Below, piece after piece: positions 20,701 to 27,697 of a DNA stretch of 64,000 nt (position 1 is the stretch's first letter; each line of letters begins with the position of its first letter). The stretch spans positions 175,183 to 239,182 of the forward strand of contig CAZLGL010000001.1 of assembly GCA_964559315.1 (NCBI GenBank), given 5' to 3'. A program made the position numbers and the translations under genes. The notes beneath the pieces were generated by a model. That model saw only the letters and a program-made list of their open reading frames with translations. It did not search any database and had not been told where the DNA came from. This DNA comes from an uncultured Coxiellaceae bacterium. GTDB taxonomy: Bacteria; Pseudomonadota; Gammaproteobacteria; DASZBR01.

Positions 20701-23700
20701 CAAGCTTTACAACACCGTCGACTAATTGTGTTTGTGAAATGGGTTTCGGATGCGCATCAAAACCAAAACGGGTTTCCATCATTTGAAGTAGGGGTTGCGG
20801 ATTAGATGGATGATCTTTATTCGTCAACCAGTGGAAATTTCGAACAATATTGCCCGTCTCATTCACTGCAAAACCCGCAAGATTAGAATCTCCATCTTGC
20901 ACAACCAATGGATGACCTCGCGCTATATCTAAAAACTTTAAGGTTAATTGATCTTTATCGGGATTCACTACAATCGGTTGAGGCGGTAATAAGGTAGGTT
21001 GTGACGTTGCAGCTCCACTTTCAAATTTCTGCCTACCCACTTCTTCTTTAAATGCATTGGTAAAATAAAATGTCAGCGGAATACTTTTATTGCCATCAAG
21101 ACGACGTCTAGGAAGCGCTGTTTCCGCAATTTTGGTTTGACGCGCATCATAATACTGACACGCCATTCCCCCTTCGATATCTACAGTTGCAACAATATTG
21201 TCTAACGCATTCAAAATAAAACGCGTCATAATAGTTTGGGGAGGAAAATCTTGTAGATAATTACCGAGCTGAGGATTATCAAGCATTAATGCTTGAACAA
21301 TTATATTTGAACGACCTCGTCCTGTTACCTTTCCACGAATATTGTATTCAATGACATGAAAGCGATCCGCAACTTTTGGATCAGCTTGATAATAACTTAA
21401 TAACTGACGATACGTTGTTGTTTGATCCGGTTTTTGTTTTAACGCACCACCCCATTGAATAAGTCCTGCGTAATCATGAAAGGGATTGGTATAGCCGTAT
21501 AAATCTACACGACCATTCGTATTACATACGGCTAAATCTTTTCCTGCTTTGTTATACCATTTAAATTCTTCGGATAATTGTCCAGGAGATTGCAATTTAC
21601 CTGTGTAAGTCAATTCGCCAAATGCGTTATAACCAAAATTGGATTCTGGCGACATTTTGTCGATAACTTTCTGATTATTTACAATCGTTGCATACAACAC
21701 TTCACCGACTGTCATTTGCTTTGTTAGATTACCGTTACGATCTCGCCCACTTTGTACCGCACGATTTAAAGGATCAGACAATTTATTTGCCATCGCTTGC
21801 TGAACCACATCTAATGGCACACCCGTTTCTTGATATGGCGTTAAATCAAAATCAATTGGCTGGTTATAAATAATGGTATTTTCAATTTCACCAAACGCAT
21901 TGCGTACTTGTTGATGAACAACATTGGTATCCAAGATCTTATAAACCTCTTGGCCTTCACTGTCATAAACCGTAAATGTCCATAATCCTCGCTCATCACG
22001 TTCAGCCACTTTTTGATTACGAACGTTACTAACCGTTTTTTTCTCGAGGGTTTTTGTAGTAATCGGAAGAGTTGCAAAACTTGCGGGTTTTGTTCCATCA
22101 TCAACAGGAACACCTTCTGTTTGCACCGATTCCAATTGTTTATTTTTGTTATACGTTGAGGTAACTTTACGCGGATTTTGCGTATTAACACCTGCGGTAA
22201 CGGTTTTCGGCAAACCACTGCCGTAATATTCTGTTTTAGTTTGAACCGCAATTTTTTGAAGATTTCCTAAACTTAAGCTTCCATCAGCCGCGCGATTCAC
22301 ATCAAAAACAGCGACTTCCGGATCGGTCGCTAACGTTTGACGTTTTGCACCATCGTAGTCCGCATGCCACTGATTACCCATTTTATCGGTACGCATTTTG
22401 GTTAAATTAATGGAATTAATTTCATAGTGTTCCATGAAACCTAAACCATCTGTTTTTAAATACAGACGATTTGCGTTATCAAATCCTTGAGTATCAATAT
22501 CATCTTTGCTCGGATCGGGAACCAACGCATTTAGAGCAGTCACTAATGCGTCATAAGTTGTGGGTATTGTAAATTTGCCAGCAAACTTACAGGTTTGTGT
22601 TGGATTGTTATTTTGATCATAACCAAATTTCGTCACTCGGCCGTTGGCGTTATCAACATCAAATGTCTCAACTTCAGCTATCTTGCGATTTAAATTGTCA
22701 TAGACTATATAAACTTTACGGTCATTGTCGGGATTCAACACCGGTATTTGATTAGGATCGCTGACTTTATTGGCATATTTTGTAATAACAATAGGCTTAC
22801 CCACATCATTAAATTCATACCCAACGACATAGCCTTCTCCATCAACTATGCGAGCCGCCTGACCTTTTGCATCCCGAATGTAATATTTATTTCGATCTTT
22901 CGCCGGATCGGGTTGAATTAATGCAGCTAATTGTGCGGTCGTTAAATTCGGGTTTAAAGTTGTGGGATCTATTTTATTGCTGTACGAAATGGTCTGAATA
23001 ACTTTGGGGGGATTGGCTGCATTAAAAATACTATGCGCTACCGCACCTAAACTATTAACACGATAAGCCTCATTTCCATCTTCATCATAAAAGTAATACA
23101 ACAACGCATCTTGTGTTGATGCCGCTTGCGCGGCCAACTGCTCTAACTGCTCCAATGTCGTGCTGTCATCAACAGTCACACCATTGCAATAAACACGCTC
23201 ATATTTTAAACGAAGGTCATTATCATAAAACCGCTCTTTCAATCCCCCTTCAGGTGTAACCGTAAAACGATGCTGGCTTAACTTCGTAAAATAATGTCGG
23301 GTAATATTTTGGTCTTCATCCATTTCCCAAATAATATTATTTGCTGCATCTAATTTTTGCGTAGTTTGTAAATTCAATCCATTAGGGTTAATAGCTTTAG
23401 GGTCAACAATTTTGCCATACGTGCGATTAAATCCATCGACGAGATTCGTTTCGACATATTGATTAGGGTTTTTAGTATCGCCTTCAGCATATTGTGTTTG
23501 AGTGCCCAGCGCGTTGCGCCCATACGTCTTAGTTAATTCTAATCCGCCGACATCCGTCACCACCTGTTGAAGGTTATTATTCTTGGTAAATACTTGTTTG
23601 GTCTTGATGGTTTTCGGATCAACAATCAGTGTCGGATTATTAAATGCGTCTGGTGTGTAATTTACGGCTTGGGGATTAGCACTTTGCGCATCATTGGCAA

Positions 23701-26700
23701 TTTTTTGAACTGCACCCGTAGGGCTATATCCAAATTGTGTTTGAACGGCTAACGCATCTGTGTAAGTTTTTTTCTGTGCAATCAAATCAAACTCTTGAGT
23801 GGTATCCTTCTGTAATTGATCAGTATGAACATGCACTTGCCCATCGGGAACATGCGTTTTCGAAACAGAATTAGTTAAAATATCTGTTGTTTTTACCTCT
23901 TGATTAAACACACTCAAATTCATCATCGTGACGGATTTACCGGTCGGGGAGGTAACCGTATGCGAATGATCAGCTCGATACGTATGTTGAGAAGTATTTT
24001 TATAGGCGTCCGTCTCTGTCACAATGCGATTTATAAAATCATACGTGTAAGTATTTCGCACAACACTTTCGGATTTTTTAGTGATGACATTACCCACTAA
24101 ATCATGGGCTTGCTCTTCAATCCCACCCAACGTATTTGTATGTATGGTTTGTTTATTCAGAGGAGTCTTAAATTCCCATGATTCTACAATAGGAGTAGCT
24201 GTAGAACCGGGTGTTAAATCTGTTTTAGTTAAGGAGGCTTGATTACCTCGCGTATCGTAACCGTGCTGAATTTGTAAGGTAGGATTAGCTGAATTAACGG
24301 GTAACAGTTCAGTATCGATTTGACTAAAAGCATTGTAAGTTTTTTTAGAGATATTACTTTCAGCATCCGTAATCGTAATAACATTGCCACGTTTATCACG
24401 TTCATAAACAATAATATGATCTAAGTTACTCTGAAGACCTGTAATTTTTGCTTGGAAATCTGGCGTTAAAAATCCACCGGTTAACGCTCCTAACGACACG
24501 TCATAAAAATTAGCGTATTTACGATTTTGAATTTCTTTTCCGAAACTGTCTAACGTACTTTCTTCAATACTCAAATTGGCATTAATTTTTAATATGGGAC
24601 GTCTATTGGCGTCATAATAAATATACGTTATATTTCCTAAGGGATCAGTCGTTGAGAGCAGTAATCCCGTTTGATCATATTTATTCCGCTGACTTTGTGT
24701 ATCCCAAATAGCTTTTATTTTAACGGGATCACCATTTGCTTCAGCTAATAACTTTCCCACATACACGTTGGCTTTATTAACCGCTTGGCTCCAACCATCA
24801 TATTGAGTTTGCGTCTGTCGCAAACTATCCCCATCCGTTTTGCCATTCGCGCTATTATCTAAACTATTATTTAAAATAATATTGCCCATCACATCAAACT
24901 GGATATTATCAACCCGATTAAAAGGGGCATTTGTTTTTATTTTGCGACCTAATAAATCATATTCATACGTCGTTAATAAATCTTTATCCTTGTCAGGCTC
25001 AGGTCTTAACGGAAATTTTCCTGTCGGTTTATTGGCATATTGTTTTGCTGTTAATCTCAAACCGTTTGGGGAATAGGTATATTCTGTGTAATATTCATTG
25101 GGATTTAATCTTGCAATAATTTGACCACGCGCATCGTATTCAAAGAAACTAACTCCAACATCCCCATGTGATACCACATCGAGCAACTGATCAAATGTTA
25201 AGGTTAAATCGAGATTACCTTTCGTGTAATACACGACTTTGCTTGCAATACGCCCACCCACATCACGAACCAATTGCGTGATATATCCTGCCGCATCTTG
25301 CTTGCCAATTAATAATCCATCATTGTCATAAAATGATCGCGTGAGCCTATCTTTTGTAAAATCTTGCGCTAAATTAATTACACCACCACTTTTTAGCGTA
25401 TTTAAATCCGTATCAGATAACTTAGCTGCATATTGGATAGTTCCTACTCTGCGATCTAAATTGTCATAAATATATTGAGTAATATAATTATCTGTGTCGA
25501 CGTCATATTGTTTGCGACCCGCTTTATCAAAAAATGTATAGCTTTGATGATCTTTAATCGGATCTTTTATTTTATCGACTAAGCTTATTAGCGTACTTGC
25601 CGGGGGAATTAAAGGGGGTGGAACTTGAAGCTTTGTCATATCAATTGGATTTGCATAAGCAATAGCCGTATTAAATCGGTTCTGCTTATCGAATTGATAT
25701 TGGGTCACAATACCGGTTGCCGAAACAGAATACCCTAGTCGATTCTGTCTATCATAAAAAGTGTATTCTTGCTTACCATCGGGACGCGTTGTAACTTCAA
25801 TGCGACCACCGGTATCGCGTGCATATTCATATTCTCGATATTGTTGTTGATTATCTAGAGTGGATGCAGAGCTTGACGATAATTGGGTTAATCCATTATT
25901 TGCATTATGCGCAACGGTCACTTTTCCATTGGCATACGTTGTCGTGACCTGCATTGTATCATCATGATATTCAGTCGTTGTTGCATTTTGTAATGCATCA
26001 ACAGATCTAGTAAGACGATTTACCCCATCAAAAGCTTGTAGCGTTTTTGAAGTATTTTGAGCATCTTGCTTAACATCACGCTCCGTCAAGTTTCCGAATA
26101 AATCAGAAACAATGACTTGATACCCCATAAATTCATCTTCAATACCATTACCATTCGCATCGACATTTGCAAAAGTTGTTTTTACTCTCACTTGCCCGTG
26201 CGGGTCATATAAATATGTTTCTAAGCTTATAGCATTGGACTGTTTTTTCTTTTCTTGTTCGGTAACCCAGCTCAACATAAAAGAAATATCAGGCGAAGTT
26301 TTAGGTGTAATTAAATTCTTTGGGAAAGCTGTCTTTAAGTAAGTTCGTTTTGACCCAATATTTCCCCGCTCATCGTGACGATACTCTGTAACGCGACCTT
26401 CTGGCGTAATCACAAACCGCAAAAAAATATTCAGATTGATGCCATCATTGACGCGCTCATATACATAACTTGTTGTAAGTGGCGTGTTGGGATTTAAATA
26501 TTCGTTTTTGACTAATAGTATGCGTGTTTCAAAATCACTGGTATAAACATATTGTGTACGCTGACCTTCGGCATACACATGATTATTTAATAAATTACAA
26601 TTTTCCGGATCATACGTTCGATGATCAATTCCACCATTCGGCAAAACAATGTTTTCTAGCTGGTTTGTAACTGCATTATATGTATACTGAGTTACGTCTA

Positions 26701-27697
26701 CTTTTTCATCAGGAATGTTATATCCTTTTTGACGCGTAACGTCGGCTAGATCTCCATTATTATAAAACCTAAGTGTTGTCTGACTTTTAAAACCATCTGT
26801 AATAAATGCACGATTAGGTTGACTTGCATCCGCATAGGTAATACGAGACGTTAACGCACCTCGTCCATTACCTTGTTTTATCATGCTGACACCAAAACGC
26901 GGATCATGCGTGAAGCTAATAGAAGTTCCGTCTGTCTGCGTAACAGTATCTAATAATCCACTATCATTGAGATAAGTATATTTTGTTTGATAACCACCAT
27001 GTGCGGTACTGATGCTTAACCGTCCCAACGCATCAAATTCATAGGTATTTAATGTTATACTCGTTGAGGCATCATAAATTGCAATGGCATTCGGGGCATA
27101 ACGAATCTCATAATCATTTCCTGTAGGCCCCACAATGTGCCTTAATTGCCCATTTTCATATTTATAGGTAGTCGCTCTTCCCCAACGATCGGTTTTTTTA
27201 GTTAAAAATCCATTCGTATCGTAATATTCAACATTACCTGTTTCCGGATCATGCAAAATCCAGCAGTTATATTCCGGACGCGAATCAAATCGCATGAATT
27301 TCGTACCACCCACCGATTCTTGTGCAAGATAGTTATTCGGATTTTGGGGATCTTGTTTATACGTTGTTAAGTGGCCATCTTCTTCTTGTAAAGTTCCCAC
27401 ATTATTTCCATTAGGCAGTGTTACAAATTTTTTATGGCTAAATTGCCATGCTCTGGAAGGCTCTGTAATTCGACTGTTATACGTAAATCGTAAATTTAAG
27501 GCGAAATTGGCTTCTTGAATCGTAAGTACACGATCTTGGAAAACTAAATTGCCTGTCACCAAATTCGGCCAGCATTTTAATTTGGCTCCGCCAAAACTTT
27601 TTTCTTTAAGTACACTACCCACTTTTTCATAGGAAGAATAACTTAAGCCCAGACCATTACTGGTAATAGGAGAAAAAGGATAGGTTACTTCTTGCAT
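14792..27697 (-). CDS. Giant RHS/YD-repeat protein (4301 aa) with dozens of YD repeats, a LysM domain near residue 3440, and a roughly 850-aa C-terminal region of unknown function containing a hydrophobic segment.
   Basis: Abundant YD-repeat signatures (YTYDFINRIVTETD, YEYDLLGRKIKT, FYDKAGRKQYDVD, YIYDNLDRRVG, YTYNAVTNQLENI...). The LysM-like stretch is WDVKNGDTLESIAQATCGSTQAAGALSAANGGIDDQQLKNGNVIKIP. The hydrophobic stretch is VVILAVAVGVGNWAGTALMW. The ORF is uninterrupted over 12.9 kb. Confidence 0.85.
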   Translation of the reverse strand: MQEVTYPFSPITSNGLGLSYSSYEKVGSVLKEKSFGGAKLKCWPNLVTGNLVFQDRVLTIQEANFALNLRFTYNSRITEPSRAWQFSHKKFVTLPNGNNVGTLQEEDGHLTTYKQDPQNPNNYLAQESVGGTKFMRFDSRPEYNCWILHDPETGNVEYYDTNGFLTKKTDRWGRATTYKYENGQLRHIVGPTGNDYEIRYAPNAIAIYDASTSITLNTYEFDALGRLSISTAHGGYQTKYTYLNDSGLLDTVTQTDGTSISFTHDPRFGVSMIKQGNGRGALTSRITYADASQPNRAFITDGFKSQTTLRFYNNGDLADVTRQKGYNIPDEKVDVTQYTYNAVTNQLENIVLPNGGIDHRTYDPENCNLLNNHVYAEGQRTQYVYTSDFETRILLVKNEYLNPNTPLTTSYVYERVNDGINLNIFLRFVITPEGRVTEYRHDERGNIGSKRTYLKTAFPKNLITPKTSPDISFMLSWVTEQEKKKQSNAISLETYLYDPHGQVRVKTTFANVDANGNGIEDEFMGYQVIVSDLFGNLTERDVKQDAQNTSKTLQAFDGVNRLTRSVDALQNATTTEYHDDTMQVTTTYANGKVTVAHNANNGLTQLSSSSASTLDNQQQYREYEYARDTGGRIEVTTRPDGKQEYTFYDRQNRLGYSVSATGIVTQYQFDKQNRFNTAIAYANPIDMTKLQVPPPLIPPASTLISLVDKIKDPIKDHQSYTFFDKAGRKQYDVDTDNYITQYIYDNLDRRVGTIQYAAKLSDTDLNTLKSGGVINLAQDFTKDRLTRSFYDNDGLLIGKQDAAGYITQLVRDVGGRIASKVVYYTKGNLDLTLTFDQLLDVVSHGDVGVSFFEYDARGQIIARLNPNEYYTEYTYSPNGLRLTAKQYANKPTGKFPLRPEPDKDKDLLTTYEYDLLGRKIKTNAPFNRVDNIQFDVMGNIILNNSLDNSANGKTDGDSLRQTQTQYDGWSQAVNKANVYVGKLLAEANGDPVKIKAIWDTQSQRNKYDQTGLLLSTTDPLGNITYIYYDANRRPILKINANLSIEESTLDSFGKEIQNRKYANFYDVSLGALTGGFLTPDFQAKITGLQSNLDHIIVYERDKRGNVITITDAESNISKKTYNAFSQIDTELLPVNSANPTLQIQHGYDTRGNQASLTKTDLTPGSTATPIVESWEFKTPLNKQTIHTNTLGGIEEQAHDLVGNVITKKSESVVRNTYTYDFINRIVTETDAYKNTSQHTYRADHSHTVTSPTGKSVTMMNLSVFNQEVKTTDILTNSVSKTHVPDGQVHVHTDQLQKDTTQEFDLIAQKKTYTDALAVQTQFGYSPTGAVQKIANDAQSANPQAVNYTPDAFNNPTLIVDPKTIKTKQVFTKNNNLQQVVTDVGGLELTKTYGRNALGTQTQYAEGDTKNPNQYVETNLVDGFNRTYGKIVDPKAINPNGLNLQTTQKLDAANNIIWEMDEDQNITRHYFTKLSQHRFTVTPEGGLKERFYDNDLRLKYERVYCNGVTVDDSTTLEQLEQLAAQAASTQDALLYYFYDEDGNEAYRVNSLGAVAHSIFNAANPPKVIQTISYSNKIDPTTLNPNLTTAQLAALIQPDPAKDRNKYYIRDAKGQAARIVDGEGYVVGYEFNDVGKPIVITKYANKVSDPNQIPVLNPDNDRKVYIVYDNLNRKIAEVETFDVDNANGRVTKFGYDQNNNPTQTCKFAGKFTIPTTYDALVTALNALVPDPSKDDIDTQGFDNANRLYLKTDGLGFMEHYEINSINLTKMRTDKMGNQWHADYDGAKRQTLATDPEVAVFDVNRAADGSLSLGNLQKIAVQTKTEYYGSGLPKTVTAGVNTQNPRKVTSTYNKNKQLESVQTEGVPVDDGTKPASFATLPITTKTLEKKTVSNVRNQKVAERDERGLWTFTVYDSEGQEVYKILDTNVVHQQVRNAFGEIENTIIYNQPIDFDLTPYQETGVPLDVVQQAMANKLSDPLNRAVQSGRDRNGNLTKQMTVGEVLYATIVNNQKVIDKMSPESNFGYNAFGELTYTGKLQSPGQLSEEFKWYNKAGKDLAVCNTNGRVDLYGYTNPFHDYAGLIQWGGALKQKPDQTTTYRQLLSYYQADPKVADRFHVIEYNIRGKVTGRGRSNIIVQALMLDNPQLGNYLQDFPPQTIMTRFILNALDNIVATVDIEGGMACQYYDARQTKIAETALPRRRLDGNKSIPLTFYFTNAFKEEVGRQKFESGAATSQPTLLPPQPIVVNPDKDQLTLKFLDIARGHPLVVQDGDSNLAGFAVNETGNIVRNFHWLTNKDHPSNPQPLLQMMETRFGFDAHPKPISQTQLVDGVVKLVTLAQYNSFNENIAQGFVNPQGQPEYFEFTDWDVTGHSWRHNRKGIPTITIRNLCGHIGLQLTSMTQDLRQVQYADIPNLVRTAKMEDLMQAWIVRDSANREMQRYLPEFSENDPNQFKNIPLSMVVGKQYPDMGTVSLSWEHPSVPIIDPRMTIWPASNPDFKALVTIKKSYTRFGVDLSALPTDVYQYEIEDHLIGNDQRVLFQTIGTFQCDTGIVQGSTRLVVEVQNGSTLFLTGNTTNLTAIKLLKNGVQVGQDIPVPANHLIDLSVYQSDVYTVQPVVTAQDNLPQSLPFTIFTNTLSEKPLALELDSTFSLKYLSNSKMRKPSDPRKYYFELDWTVSDERYDNSVIEVSFEYIVEGTQNPQKSNVFAITHQTNEGKVYDEKGNAVNVNMVLDLEPNSPLPVPPITIKSLTIILVLDGNIRVPICNGYPFQNSSGGSGVTIINSLSFRPTTIIYFAPITQFDQLPAMQYFDTSSGVAGTWTVIDPIAKTAQGIVVDATLLLPGNYPFKMAKTLLELQERSLQDESRRLLAEFEGKTADPEIDGIFTIGQGSMVFTSVPVLTILTSKKPVRAMEHDNFDNISKVTDTYGYSTDNQFDARGKLVETEHPEVEVELSNGATVKMRPVTKWGYDIRGHKIGVRDGNNHTRGWIVDEIGQVIKSVLADGTISEQQLFNALQQMVQFLDSTQEEYTFQYDHRNNLVWRKLPSKKVELFWYNEQNSLGSYTDTAGKTEFYHRDINDNITKFISAMGKITEYVNDLLTNQPTRQTNSDGSFLAWVLDNFGYTQNHTDLSGAVVTRQYNFLMQPTSIEGQGGNHGVQLVYVKKTGRLPNSWEWGTYYELSLIPTLPQNMRLGYREDGLLNQGVDLSLARRTTLGFDTEGRRTYFKAEREGAVIREISSVYDPMSRMLITYGTQEIVIQGYDATENIMYRKTTLYPPQGDPVVNEERNAFDQNDSATVYGGVLANGQTGIQPNKGTAYTSANGLRKTQTKQTADGTTVTETLTYNPDKLLGGSTSTDGSVTVRGYDNANRPNSWALTHPNAPHGNSEAQTATWDDDSNLTNASSTSVKWFNWPIIGWKSSTTQAFTTYGGLNAYGMPTSQQTIYTQTDQDNVTDNLALAYVNREQPEEATIGGTRTDSNGTSPYNAAYDYQGPNPGELTGQNQPLALWIIFKGKIPLFTSSYIEQDCLEGQILKRRDFDGLSGNFSGDLPLNLSNKMTDISFLTDISGNLVASVNVWRDLNNPGTYSIGTNYAMPGTKGILATRGKNPNVTTDFTIGEKMINPIDKSYPPMNAGIWDVKNGDTLESIAQATCGSTQAAGALSAANGGIDDQQLKNGNVIKIPQWIQQKYRVSTTEEFDQMITSMTQQLYPKLLTPQPKQDFGFFDEMLDVVILAVAVGVGNWAGTALMWTSWEAETAVAAVAGAVLDAAKQGIEYEAGMRDSFSWREVVQMSVESAFAEYSKLHPGGDLVDSMMKAGAIDVAQQLVLMALVKGSHFSLKEVLEQMGSAGIGYALQQKLMPNNGDGMSEAEKDIARTKINAGTIIYSGILRGVFEQRFDLNDIMSIMANFVGTELGQAIVDKINPEPKTQQSKINNKVSQNLGSHSSTRTLEDDITEFWDEIKEEVVGFVSFFDPSVTQPNAQPSAKTQTQQSQQQRKLSQAQAMARHGIYSKPVVLNHADANGYLGTGLGLPDDPTIDNFDPNSDGTLSGSGVSRAPTTQSSSSVIMQGLQELNNSSVVHGLAMMDVAMQAGATDILGMTHIGVSQMNFPEQASYAVGQMLGAIGFAASLPIDAPVALTAAMLDAGRNYVGSFFSAESAAELTLGKTSASMLQGTEKITPELVNAMNLKGRVVVVASQGSEDYKYLEAMNAEASTNTALPNHILIKYDANKSALLEEFLHGTQNKLGIVDELGPQGAEVHVKEFMLRHANMLGLNNPSDVKLLQQLHIEEINRLPEPRFVRNMP

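Noticed and set aside
15457-25119. Numerous 60-136-aa ORFs on the plus strand inside the RHS gene (e.g. 15457..15771, 21841..22251, 24840..25076).
   Set aside because: They lie antisense to, or embedded in, a 12.9-kb continuous ORF with clear YD-repeat content. They have low-complexity translations and no signals of their own.
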